A DNA stretch of 64,000 bases from a bacterium (GTDB taxonomy: Bacteria; Verrucomicrobiota; Verrucomicrobiia; Chthoniobacterales; UBA6821), in contig JBAXTN010000001.1 of the NCBI GenBank assembly GCA_037130175.1, positions 34,246 to 98,245 on the forward strand, written 5' to 3'. The number at the start of each line of letters is the position of its first letter. The first letter of the stretch is position 1. The notes beneath the pieces are model-generated. The model had not been told where the DNA came from. It ran no database searches and saw only the letters and a program-made list of their open reading frames with translations. A program made the translations under genes and the position numbers. Of the stretch, positions 21,166 through 30,591 are shown one piece after another.

Positions 21166-22095
21166 GTGATCTCCAACTCCAACACCACACCAAAAAAGGG
21201 AATCGTACGAACCGGCACCCGTCGGGCACAGAAACATCCTATCCGTCCGATTCTTCTGAAGCGACTTCATCTGCGCTGCGGCGACTGGACGGTACGCGAG
21301 CTACGGGTCAATCGACACTTGCAACCCTTTGATCAGGATCAACCGCATCACCACTCCCATGGGCAATTGCTTCTCTATCTCCGCGGTCGCGGCGAACAAC
21401 GCATCGCAAAAAGACGCCTCCCCGTCGGTCCGGGAGCCGTCTTTTTCATCCCCCCGGGCACCAAGCATTCCTTTCTGGAACACTCCCCGCGGCTTGCCAT
21501 CTGTCTGGTTGCCGATCTGAGCGGAACCGGTCCGAAACAATTTGGAATAGCCTCGGGATGGCTACCCGCCGAGGAGTTGGCGCGTGTCCGTGAAAGGATC
21601 AACAAGCTTTCCCATGAAAATCCGGAAAAACAATCCTCCCCCAGATCACTCGAACTCGGAGCCGGCGGGGATACCCTACTGCTCTTGGACTCATGTCGCA
21701 GGGCCTGCATGGCACTCTCCCCCGCTGCCAGCGAGGGATCAGCCATCAGCAAGCGGCTGATTCGGGCCATCGACCCGGGCGGACTGCCACCCATGCCGGG
21801 TGAACTGGCGCGCCGCGTGGGACTCCAGCAGGACCATCTCAACCGGCTCGTCCGGCGCAGCATAGGACTCACACTGGGACAATGGCGGGACCGGGAACTG
21901 CTGAAGGCAACCGAAGAAATCCTCTCCCAAGGCGGTCGGATTCAGGCAGCGGCCATGAAACTGGGCTTCTCGGACGCAAATTATTTCTCCAGATGGTTTC
22001 GCCGTCAGACGGGAATGACGCCCCGTTCATGGCAAACAAGGCCTCTTCCTGGTATGCCGGCGACGAGCCTAGCCGCTTTACAAGAGCCTCGATGA
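21166..22095 (+). CDS. AraC-family regulator with cupin sensor domain
   Basis: HHHSHGQLLLY cupin; LGFSDANYFSRWFRRQTGMTP HTH; start uncertain. Confidence 0.88.
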   Translation: MISNSNTTPKKGIVRTGTRRAQKHPIRPILLKRLHLRCGDWTVRELRVNRHLQPFDQDQPHHHSHGQLLLYLRGRGEQRIAKRRLPVGPGAVFFIPPGTKHSFLEHSPRLAICLVADLSGTGPKQFGIASGWLPAEELARVRERINKLSHENPEKQSSPRSLELGAGGDTLLLLDSCRRACMALSPAASEGSAISKRLIRAIDPGGLPPMPGELARRVGLQQDHLNRLVRRSIGLTLGQWRDRELLKATEEILSQGGRIQAAAMKLGFSDANYFSRWFRRQTGMTPRSWQTRPLPGMPATSLAALQEPR

Positions 22096-22167
22096 CGGGC
22101 AGATTTTCAGGGCAACACCGATTCAAGCAGTGCTTCCTTAGTGCTTAGGTTTTACTATCCCTTATCC

Positions 22168-22584
22168 ATGCGATTTTACACAAAACGGAGAAAAATGCCC
22201 TCGATCACGATCGTCTCGCTGATTGATATTCTGGCAATTCTCCTGATCTTTTTCATCGTCACGACGACATTCAAGGACAGATTGCCACAGCTTCAGATCA
22301 ACCTGCCCGAGTCCAAGGTCGCATCATCCGCACCCCAGCAAACCAAGAAAATCGTCCTTCTCCAAATCAAGGGTGCTGATGAAATCATGCTGGATGGCAA
22401 ATCCGTTGCGGCGAAGGAGCTGGCCGCTGCAATCAGGGGGGTGCAGAAATCCCATCCCGGTTGCTCCATCACCATGCAGGCCGACAAGGAAGCTCCCTTC
22501 GGAACAGTGGTTTCGGTGCTGGATGCTCTCCAGGAAGCCGGAATAAAAAATATTCCTGCCGTCACCAAACCCTCCGCAAAATAA
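22168..22584 (+). CDS. ExbD/TolR biopolymer transporter
   Basis: SLIDILAILLIFFIVTTTF, INLP, ADKEAPFGTVVSVLD. Confidence 0.9.
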   Translation: MRFYTKRRKMPSITIVSLIDILAILLIFFIVTTTFKDRLPQLQINLPESKVASSAPQQTKKIVLLQIKGADEIMLDGKSVAAKELAAAIRGVQKSHPGCSITMQADKEAPFGTVVSVLDALQEAGIKNIPAVTKPSAK

Positions 22585-22594
22585 ACGGCCGATC

Positions 22595-23191
22595 ATGAGT
22601 CGCAAAAAAAATACATCCTCCAAGACTGGACCTCTGGAAGTTGTCAAATATGGACACCCCGCTTTGCGCAGCAAGGGACGCCGCATCGACAAGATCGACG
22701 ACTCCATTCTGGCTCTGGCTGAAGAAATGCTCCAGACCATGTATGAGGAGGAAGGCGTGGGACTTGCCGCACAGCAGATAGGTCGCTCCATCCAACTCGC
22801 CGTCATCGATGTCATGGTTGCGAGCAAGGATCGTCCAAGCAGGGCATGGCTGGACGGGCGGGAGATCGAACTGGATTCCCTGATGCCTCTTGTAATGATC
22901 AACCCCGAGATTCACCCTGTGGGCACGGATCGTGAAATCGGCACCGAGGGCTGTCTCAGCATTCCCGGACTTTTGGATGAAGTGGACCGTCCTGCACGCG
23001 TGCGTATCGTCTGTCAGGAACTCTCGGGTGACACACTTGATTTTGAAGCCGAAGGTCTGCTGGCCCGTGCTGCCCAGCACGAGCACGATCACCTCCATGG
23101 CGTCCTTTTCATCGACCACCTTCCTGCGGAATCGCTCAGGGAACACCAGCCCCTGCTTCGGAAACTCCAGGCCAAGTCCTCCGATTTCTAA
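22595..23191 (+). CDS. def: Peptide deformylase
   Basis: GVGLAAQQIG, EGCLSIP, QHEHDHLHG. Confidence 0.96.
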   Translation: MSRKKNTSSKTGPLEVVKYGHPALRSKGRRIDKIDDSILALAEEMLQTMYEEEGVGLAAQQIGRSIQLAVIDVMVASKDRPSRAWLDGREIELDSLMPLVMINPEIHPVGTDREIGTEGCLSIPGLLDEVDRPARVRIVCQELSGDTLDFEAEGLLARAAQHEHDHLHGVLFIDHLPAESLREHQPLLRKLQAKSSDF

Positions 23192-23234
23192 TAAGAGCTC
23201 CTTAACCCGTTTGCCTTATTTACCCTAACCACCC

Positions 23235-24203
23235 ATGAACCTTTTTAGAGCGTCTGCGTTCATACTTCTACTCTCCCTAGCTCCAGCGATCAAGGCGGCC
23301 ACATGGTCCTTTGCAGTGGCCGGAGATGACCGCACCGATGTCACCGCAGCCACCATCGATCCCACGGGGATCCATCGGGAAGTGCTTAAAAAAATTCTTC
23401 AAGAGATAGAGCGGAAAAAACCTGCCTTTTTGCTCTTCACCGGCGATCTCGTCTATGGGGAGAATCTCCGCATCCCTGCCAAAATCGGCGAACAGTTCGC
23501 CGCATGGAAATCACTCGCGCATACTGAAGCTCCCTCCCTGACGATACTCCCTGTCCGTGGCAATCATGAGATCAACGGCGATCCCAATGGCGAGGCTTGG
23601 CTCACCGCTTTCAAACCAACTCTGGATGCCAGCAAAGCCTCCTATTTTCCAAATCAAAAAGGATTCAGCTACTCCTACTCACCTCCCGGACATCCCGAAA
23701 CCGTCGTCATCGGACTGGATCAGTTCATGCCCGCCACCCCACACCGCGTCGATTTGGTGGGACTGGAGGAGGCCCTTAAAAAAGCAAAGACTGACGGGGC
23801 TAAACATATTTTTGTCTTTGCCCACGAGATGGCCTTCACCTGCGGGATGCATCCGGACAGCGACAACATGGCGGCGCATCCCACCGACCGGGACAAGTTC
23901 CTTGAGTTACTCCACGCGTACGGGTGTCGCTACTTTTTTACCGGACATGATCACATGTACGACTGGATGGAGATAGGGAACTGGCGCTGGCCAAAGGAAT
24001 ATCACCTCAATCAGATTGTCGCCGGGACGGCCGGAGCCCCCTTCTATCCCGACAAAACCTATTTTGGAAATCATGACGGGTATGAACTCACCCGGCGCGA
24101 GCACAAACAAAACACCTACGGCTACATCCTCGTCACGATCAACGACGACCCTAAAGGAGATGAGGAAGCTGTGACAGCGAGTTTCGAGAAGGTAACCCCC
24201 TGA
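23235..24203 (+). CDS. Secreted calcineurin-like metallophosphoesterase
   Basis: Signal peptide; AGDDR, TGDLV, GNHE, FAHE, GHDH. Confidence 0.85.
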   Translation: MNLFRASAFILLLSLAPAIKAATWSFAVAGDDRTDVTAATIDPTGIHREVLKKILQEIERKKPAFLLFTGDLVYGENLRIPAKIGEQFAAWKSLAHTEAPSLTILPVRGNHEINGDPNGEAWLTAFKPTLDASKASYFPNQKGFSYSYSPPGHPETVVIGLDQFMPATPHRVDLVGLEEALKKAKTDGAKHIFVFAHEMAFTCGMHPDSDNMAAHPTDRDKFLELLHAYGCRYFFTGHDHMYDWMEIGNWRWPKEYHLNQIVAGTAGAPFYPDKTYFGNHDGYELTRREHKQNTYGYILVTINDDPKGDEEAVTASFEKVTP

Positions 24204-24220
24204 TCCCATTGACACATCCC

Positions 24221-24676
24221 ATGCTAACCAACTACTACCCCACTCTCCTTGCCATCCACAGCACCCTGCGCTGGTTCGTCCTGATAGCGGGCCTTGCCGC
24301 CATCATCGGGTGCCTGATCGGGATCTCAGGCAGGGGTCCGTTTGCACCCTTGGGAAGGGTATTGGGGCTGATCTATGTCTCCTTTCTCGACACGCAGTTC
24401 CTCGTGGGGATTCTCCTCTCCATCGCCAGTCCGATCGTGCATGCCGTCTTTTCCAATCCCGCTGTCGGAATGAAAAATCATGATCTCCGTTTCTTTGCCG
24501 TGGAGCATACGACCTATATGGTAATCGCCCTTGCGCTGGCCCATATAGGGGCCGTCAAAAGCAGAAAAGCGACGGATTCAGTGAAGGCTTACAGAATGGC
24601 AATGATCTGGTATGGAATCTCACTTGTCGTGATCATCGGCGGGATTCCATGGTGGAGGCCCCTGATTAGGATCTGA
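24221..24676 (+). CDS. Conserved 4-TM membrane protein with His residues (possible heme b binding)
   Basis: LAIHSTLRW, DTQFLVG, FFAVEH, AHIG, IPWWRP. Confidence 0.7.
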   Translation: MLTNYYPTLLAIHSTLRWFVLIAGLAAIIGCLIGISGRGPFAPLGRVLGLIYVSFLDTQFLVGILLSIASPIVHAVFSNPAVGMKNHDLRFFAVEHTTYMVIALALAHIGAVKSRKATDSVKAYRMAMIWYGISLVVIIGGIPWWRPLIRI

Positions 24677-24692
24677 TCGGGCACCCCCCTTT

Positions 24693-24880
24693 TTACTCCA
24701 TAAACCGGCTCTGAAAGACCTCATAGATCCAGCGGCGTGATCCGGCAAAGACACAGGTGATTATCCGTTTCCTTACGATCATCTTATATTCAAAGATCAC
24801 CCTATGAGAGCCGAACCCTAGACGATGGAAACCTTCCAACTCATCCGTTAACGCCTTGATAGGCTTCGCGATACACTTCC
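24693..24880 (-). pseudogene. RelE/ParE-type toxin remnant (N-terminus lost)
   Basis: Minus frame reads ...KPIKALTDELEGFHRLGFGSHRVIFEYKMIVRKRIITCVFAGSRRWIYEVFQSRFME*, resembling the RelE C-terminal half; in-frame stop upstream at 24897-24899, no N-terminal helix or antitoxin. Confidence 0.65.
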
Positions 24881-24908
24881 AGGAATTGCATCGATATTAG
24901 CTCAAAGC

Positions 24909-25838
24909 TTGAAGGCACTCCTCACCATCTTAACATCTTTGGTACTGCTCCCTTCACCTGGACATGCCGAGCTTTTCAGTCACCTCACCGCCGAGGGTAG
25001 CGTGATCGAATACGACATGACTAAGGACCCAGGCAACGGTTGGTATTCTGAGCCGACGAGCAGTCACCGCTTCAAGATTGGATTTAAGCAGGGCGAGCGC
25101 ATGAGTCCGATTCCAGTCCTCGTGGCGACCGCGACAACCAACGAGGCGGAGCACTTCAAGGGCAAGGCAGCGCTCGAATTGCAGATCGCCCCACACGAGG
25201 AAAAGAAGAGCCGCAAAGCTGCCCACAAGGTGTCCCTCAGCATCGTCTCGCCGGATGATCCCTTCTCCCCGTCCGTCGTGCGGGTGAAGGATTGGTTTCA
25301 TGGCTTTGCCCTGAAGATTGACGCGGCGAGTTACAGACTACTCCCCGAGGCGGGCGAAGAACTCATCTTCGAGCAGTGGTGGCAGGGCTCCCCATTCCAC
25401 CCGCCAGTGACTCTCTCCATTATCAATGAGACCGATGCCCGAGCCCAAGGGTGGGCCGATGCAAACGCGCATGGAAATTTTGCCCTCGTTCTGCGTGATG
25501 ACGAACACAACGCATGGGAGAAGAGTCCGGGCCGTCCACGTTACTTTAATCTCGGACCCGTCAAGACGGGACTGTGGAGGCAATGGGTCATTCGAGTCAG
25601 GCCTGATCCTTCAGGCAAAGACGGCTGCGTCACTGTGTGGATGGACGGCAGCGAAAAACTCAATCTCAACCATACCGCCGTCGGCTATGATCGCGCACGC
25701 TACCCCACCAAGCCAACGCCTGCGAAGACTTTTGCCGTAGACTGCTGCATTTATCGGCACAACGGGCTATGTGCCCAGAGGTTCTTTTTCGATGAGATTA
25801 AGTTTGCCGATTCATTTGCCGATGCTGCAACTCCATGA
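24909..25838 (+). CDS. Secreted polysaccharide lyase-like (heparin lyase I/PF14099-like beta-jelly-roll) protein
   Basis: Signal peptide; WFHGFALKI, IFEQWWQ, GLWRQWVIRV, VTVWMDG, IYR, FFFDEIKF; TTG start. Confidence 0.6.
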   Translation: MKALLTILTSLVLLPSPGHAELFSHLTAEGSVIEYDMTKDPGNGWYSEPTSSHRFKIGFKQGERMSPIPVLVATATTNEAEHFKGKAALELQIAPHEEKKSRKAAHKVSLSIVSPDDPFSPSVVRVKDWFHGFALKIDAASYRLLPEAGEELIFEQWWQGSPFHPPVTLSIINETDARAQGWADANAHGNFALVLRDDEHNAWEKSPGRPRYFNLGPVKTGLWRQWVIRVRPDPSGKDGCVTVWMDGSEKLNLNHTAVGYDRARYPTKPTPAKTFAVDCCIYRHNGLCAQRFFFDEIKFADSFADAATP

Positions 25839-25850
25839 AGAACCCGCAAC

Positions 25851-25968
25851 GTCTAACCATGCGCTGCAGCGAACCGCTCCGCGGGTCACGGCACCTGCCT
25901 TCCTCCGCCGCCTTTCCACCGTCCATGCACGGGCTGCGCCAGCCTCCGCTGTCGCTGAGATTGGGGGC
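25851..25968 (+). mobile_element. Degenerate integron attC site
   Basis: R'' GTCTAAC (RYYYAAC) 12 nt after the stop, L'' GCTGCAGCGAAC, GC-rich stem, L' GTCGCTGAG; the expected R' GTTRRRY is missing. Confidence 0.65.
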
Positions 25969-26019
25969 CACTCCTACGCGGACTGCGTAGCAACGCCGCT
26001 ATCCGCCAAGATCATGGGC

Positions 26020-28881
26020 CTAACCCTGAACTGGTAGGCATGAGCAGAAGATATTCCTATCACCATACACATTATCGACGCGGGAAACCGAGGGCCAGAA
26101 TTTGTGATCCTTTAGCCAAGGGGCAGGATAGGCAGCCTGCTTGCGTGAGTAGGGCCGAGTCCAGTCGTCAGAGGTAACGACAAGTGCCGTGTGCGGAGCA
26201 CGCTTGAGGGGGTTGTCAGTACGATCGAGAGTCCCTTGCTCAATGGCTATGAGCTCTCCATGGATGGCAATCATGGCATCGCAGAAGCGGTCGAGTTCTT
26301 CTTTGGACTCACTCTCGGTCGGTTCCACCATGAGGGTTCCCGGTACCGGCCAGCTCATGGTCGGGGCATGGAAGCCGTAATCCATGAGGCGCTTGGCGAC
26401 ATCCTCCACCTCGACTCCGGCACGGCCTTTCCATTCCCGCAGATCAAGAATGCACTCGTGGGCAACGGTTCCATTGGCTCCCTTGTAGAGGACGGGGAAA
26501 AAGGATTCGAGACGCTTGGCGATGTAGTTGGCATTCAGGATGGCGATGGCACTCGCCGCAGCAAGTCCATCGGGCCCCATCATGCGGAGATACATCCAGC
26601 TGATGATACAGATGCTGGAGCTTCCCCAAGGAGCGGCACTGACCTCGCTGATCGCCAGGGCACCACCCGTGGGAATGACGGAATGTCCCGGAAGGAAAGG
26701 GGCCAGATGCTCGGCAACTCCGATCGGCCCCACTCCGGGGCCGCCTCCCCCGTGAGGGATGCAGAAGGTCTTGTGGAGATTAAGATGGCAGACATCGGCC
26801 CCAATGTCACCGGGACTGCAGAGTCCGACCTGTGCATTCATGTTGGCTCCGTCCATATAGATCTGGCCACCAGCTTCGTGAATGAGTGTGCAGATTTCCC
26901 GGATGGTCGATTCAAAGACTCCATGGGTCGATGGATAGGTGACCATGAGTGCCGCAAGACGGTCGCGGTGGAGCGCAATTTTGGCCTTTAGATCGACAAT
27001 GTCTATATTCCCTTCGGCATCACAGGAAACTCCGACGATCTCCATGCCGGCCATGGCGGCACTGGCGGGATTGGTTCCATGAGCGGAGACGGGAATAAGG
27101 CAGACGGTGCGATGGGCATCACCGCGAGAGCGGTGGTAGGCGCGGATGACAAGCAGGCCGGCATATTCCCCCTGGGATCCTGCATTTGGTTGGAGAGAGA
27201 CGGCATGGAATCCTGTTATCTCGGCCAGCCATGATTCCAACTGGGTAAATATCTTTGCGTATCCCTGAGCCTGCGACGGCGGGATGAAGGGGTGGAGTGA
27301 TCCGATGGTCTCCCAAGTCACGGGAAGCATCTCTGCCGTGGCATTGAGCTTCATCGTGCATGATCCAAGCGGGATCATCGAGGTGGTCAAGGAGAGATCC
27401 TTTGCCTCAAGCCTCCTCATGTAGCGAAGCATTTCCGTCTCGGTATGATACGAGTTAAAGACAGGATGCGTGAGGTAGGGAGTCGTGCGCCTCAGCTCAT
27501 CGGGAGTCTGCCAGGCAAGCGGATTGGTCGCTGTGGAGCCGCTCCCCTTGCCAAAAAACTCCACGAGTGGCGCGATGATCCTGATCGTCTCATCAAGGGA
27601 GATGGTCACCGCTGTGTCATCGAGGAATCGCAGATTAATCCCCGCCTTCTCCGCCCGGGAACGAAGGGAGGCAGACTCCGTGGGTGTCAGGTTGATCCGC
27701 ACGGTATCGAAGAATGGGGCCTCAACGACATCCCATCCCGCCTTGGAGAGTGTGGCAGCGAGCTTGAGCGCATGGAGGTGGATACGCTCCGCGATCTCAC
27801 GAAGTCCCTTGGGACCATGATAGACAGCATACATCGAGGCCATGACGGCGAGCAGCACCTGCGCGGTGCAGATGTTGCTGGTCGCTTTCTCACGACGAAT
27901 ATGCTGTTCGCGAGTCTGAAGGGTCAGACGGTAGGCAGGATGCCCCTCCGCATCGCGGGAGATCCCGACAAGGCGACCCGGGAGGCGGCGCTTGAACTCA
28001 TCGCGCACGGCCATGTAACCGGCGTGCGGCCCTCCATAACCCATAGGAACGCCAAACCGTTGACTCGATCCAACCACGATATCGGCACCCAATTCACCCG
28101 GCGGTTTGATCAGCACTAGGGCAAGCGGATCGGTAGCGACCACAGCCAGTCCTCCGGCAGCATGGATCTTGGCAATGAAGGATGAGGGATCACTGATGAC
28201 TCCATCGGTGGCCGGATATTGCAGAATGCCACCGCAGAGACCGGCTTCGGGAATCGCCTCGGGATTCCCGATGATCAGTTCGATGCCGAGAGGTTCCGCA
28301 CGAGTTTGCAGAAGTGCAATCGTCTGAGGGTGACATCCCTCGGAGACAAAGAACCGGGGAGAATTCTTGAGATCATGGCACATAGCCATCGCCTCCGCGG
28401 CTGCCGTGGCCTCGTCGAGCATGGAAGCATTGGCAATCGCCATACCGGTCAGGTCGCAGACCATGGTCTGGAAATTCACAAGGGCTTCCATACGACCCTG
28501 TGAAATCTCGGCCTGATACGGGGTGTAGGCCGTGTACCAGCCGGGATTCTCGAGAATGTTCCTGCGGATCACCGCCGGAAGGTATGTTCCGTAATACCCT
28601 GTGCCGATGTAACTCGGACGCAACTCGTTCTGCGAGGCAAGAAGTTGCAACTCCGCCAGTGCCTCCTCCTCCGAAGCTGCCGGAGGGAGTGAGAGTGAAC
28701 GCCTAGTGCGGATTTCTTCAGGTACGGTCGCCGAGATCAGCTCCTCAAGCGTCCCGCAACCAACGCTCCCGAGCATTTCCGAAACACCCCGATGATGGGA
28801 TCCAAGATGGCGGCGGGAGAAACGCCCGCGGGCAAAGACCGCATCCAGTGTTTCCTTGTTGATAGTTCCCGATGTACTCAT
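26020..28881 (-). CDS. gcvP: Glycine dehydrogenase (P protein, single chain)
   Basis: [51 protein letters not shown]. Confidence 0.98.
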   Translation of the reverse strand: MSTSGTINKETLDAVFARGRFSRRHLGSHHRGVSEMLGSVGCGTLEELISATVPEEIRTRRSLSLPPAASEEEALAELQLLASQNELRPSYIGTGYYGTYLPAVIRRNILENPGWYTAYTPYQAEISQGRMEALVNFQTMVCDLTGMAIANASMLDEATAAAEAMAMCHDLKNSPRFFVSEGCHPQTIALLQTRAEPLGIELIIGNPEAIPEAGLCGGILQYPATDGVISDPSSFIAKIHAAGGLAVVATDPLALVLIKPPGELGADIVVGSSQRFGVPMGYGGPHAGYMAVRDEFKRRLPGRLVGISRDAEGHPAYRLTLQTREQHIRREKATSNICTAQVLLAVMASMYAVYHGPKGLREIAERIHLHALKLAATLSKAGWDVVEAPFFDTVRINLTPTESASLRSRAEKAGINLRFLDDTAVTISLDETIRIIAPLVEFFGKGSGSTATNPLAWQTPDELRRTTPYLTHPVFNSYHTETEMLRYMRRLEAKDLSLTTSMIPLGSCTMKLNATAEMLPVTWETIGSLHPFIPPSQAQGYAKIFTQLESWLAEITGFHAVSLQPNAGSQGEYAGLLVIRAYHRSRGDAHRTVCLIPVSAHGTNPASAAMAGMEIVGVSCDAEGNIDIVDLKAKIALHRDRLAALMVTYPSTHGVFESTIREICTLIHEAGGQIYMDGANMNAQVGLCSPGDIGADVCHLNLHKTFCIPHGGGGPGVGPIGVAEHLAPFLPGHSVIPTGGALAISEVSAAPWGSSSICIISWMYLRMMGPDGLAAASAIAILNANYIAKRLESFFPVLYKGANGTVAHECILDLREWKGRAGVEVEDVAKRLMDYGFHAPTMSWPVPGTLMVEPTESESKEELDRFCDAMIAIHGELIAIEQGTLDRTDNPLKRAPHTALVVTSDDWTRPYSRKQAAYPAPWLKDHKFWPSVSRVDNVYGDRNIFCSCLPVQG

Positions 28882-29258
28882 CAGGAGATCTGGGCGCTGT
28901 AGTCTTCCGGGGTGAGAAGAGTCTCTATCTCGGCGGGAGCGGAAGGGGTGAGTTTATAAATCCAGCCCTGACCGAAGGGGTCGGTATTGAGCAATGCGGG
29001 ATTGGTCGCAAGTTCTTCATTCACCTCCGTCACGATGCCGGAAACAGGGGAGTAGATGTCGCTTGCTGCCTTGACGGATTCGACAACCGCAGCGGTTGCC
29101 TCGGCCTTCACCTCGGCACCGATCTTGGGTGGCTCAACATAAACGATATCGGTCAACTCGGCCTGAGCATGATCAGTGATGCCCACTGTGACCGTCCCAC
29201 CCTCGGAACGGATCCATTCATGGGTTTTGGCGTAACGGAGGTCGGATGGAACATTCAT
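28881..29258 (-). CDS. gcvH: Glycine cleavage system H protein
   Basis: [24 protein letters not shown] (lipoyl-Lys). Confidence 0.97.
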   Translation of the reverse strand: MNVPSDLRYAKTHEWIRSEGGTVTVGITDHAQAELTDIVYVEPPKIGAEVKAEATAAVVESVKAASDIYSPVSGIVTEVNEELATNPALLNTDPFGQGWIYKLTPSAPAEIETLLTPEDYSAQIS

Positions 29259-29292
29259 GTGATGCGCGGGTGGAGTGGAGTAAAACGGGATC

Positions 29293-30408
29293 TTATAATG
29301 TTGGCTTTTTATAAAACGGGAGCGGGGTCACAGTAGCGGGATAAAGGCGACCACGCACCTCAATTTCCAGCGAAATTCCCGGAATGGAGAAATCCGGGTG
29401 AAGGTAGGCCATCGCAATCCCCTCCCCTAGGCTTGGAGAGAGTGCCCCGCTACAGGTCTCGCCAATCACGGCTCCCTCACTCAATACAGGATAATGGGAA
29501 CGCAAGGGAGGTCCCTGAACCGTCATTTTGATCGGGGTCAGGAGGGATGGAAGCCCTGCGCCGCGTTGCGACCTGAGTGCCTCGCAACCTAAGAAATCGG
29601 GCTTCTCAGGGTCATCAAGCGAAACAAATCTGCCCAAACCGGCTTCAAGAGGCGTGCGCTCACGCGAGAGATCGGAACCATTGAGGGGATAACCCATCTC
29701 CAGACGGAGCGTATCGCGGGCACCAAGTCCGGCAGGCTTCACACCGGCTGCGATGAGGGCGTTCCAGAGCGGCACCCCATCAGTGACAGGGACAAACAGC
29801 TCAAATCCATCCTCTCCCGTATATCCTGTCCTGGCTACAAGGGAAGGGACTTCGGAGCCTGCTTCAGCAATCATGGCGATTCCATTGCGTCGGGGCACTT
29901 CACATGCGGGATAGAGGCTCCTGAGGATCTTTTCAGAATCCGGCCCCTGAAGCGCGATGGCGGCGTAGTCATTTCCAAGATCTGTTAAGACAACGGTACC
30001 ATCACCCGGGAGATGGCTCCGCATCCACGCCAGATCGATCTCCCGACAGGCCGCATTGATCACGAGAAAATAGTCACTTTCACCCGTGCGGTAGATAATG
30101 AGATCGTCAATCACGCCTCCCTTTTCATCCAGCATCAGCGTATACTGACCGCGGCTGATCGCCAGTTTGCCCACACGGTTGGTGAGCAGGCTCTCCAGCC
30201 AAGCGAGTGCTCCAGCCCCCGAAACAGTGACTTCGCCCATGTGGGAGATGTCAAACATCCCCGCGGAGGATCTCACGGCACGATGCTCATCCATGATCCC
30301 CGTATATTGCACGGGCATGAACCAGCCTCCGAACTCCACCATGCGAGCCCCGCAGGCGACATGGGCAGATTCGAGGGGGGAATGTTTCAGTTGGGAAGAT
30401 TCACTCAT
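29293..30408 (-). CDS. gcvT: Glycine cleavage system aminomethyltransferase T
   Basis: FDISHMG, RTGYTGEDGFE, GLGARDTLRLEMG. Confidence 0.97.
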   Translation of the reverse strand: MSESSQLKHSPLESAHVACGARMVEFGGWFMPVQYTGIMDEHRAVRSSAGMFDISHMGEVTVSGAGALAWLESLLTNRVGKLAISRGQYTLMLDEKGGVIDDLIIYRTGESDYFLVINAACREIDLAWMRSHLPGDGTVVLTDLGNDYAAIALQGPDSEKILRSLYPACEVPRRNGIAMIAEAGSEVPSLVARTGYTGEDGFELFVPVTDGVPLWNALIAAGVKPAGLGARDTLRLEMGYPLNGSDLSRERTPLEAGLGRFVSLDDPEKPDFLGCEALRSQRGAGLPSLLTPIKMTVQGPPLRSHYPVLSEGAVIGETCSGALSPSLGEGIAMAYLHPDFSIPGISLEIEVRGRLYPATVTPLPFYKKPTL

Positions 30409-30420
30409 GGGAGTAGGGTT

Positions 30421-30576
30421 TTAGGCTGAAGGGTGTTAGGTAAGAAGGAACAAGGAGTAGGAAGTGAGTATTTTAATTTCCGGCAAGCTAATGACATTCA
30501 GTCTTTCTCCGGTCAGAAGTCAGAAGTCTGGGGTGGTTTTTGGTTCTGGCTAATAGTCTGACAGTCTTCAGCCTAA
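30421..30576. repeat. Intergenic inverted element with 8-mer arms and a nested 7-mer array
   Basis: TTAGGCTGAAG (30421-30431) is the exact reverse complement of CTTCAGCCTAA (30566-30576); nested GTCAGAA-GTCAGAA-GTCTG. Confidence 0.65.
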
Positions 30577-30591
30577 CGGCCTTTCGATTTC

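Noticed and set aside
22168..22584. Orphan exbD (and orphan oppA at 43301) as something unusual
   Set aside because: Scattered transporter subunits are common; the partners are probably elsewhere in the genome
25771..26037. 88-aa ORF containing SNHALQRT
   Set aside because: This is the translation of the attC-like sequence, a common spurious ORF type
30409..30591. Glycine riboswitch upstream of gcvT
   Set aside because: The conserved aptamer elements (GGAGA..CCGAAG..CUCUCAGG) are not found; the region is explained by repeat arms
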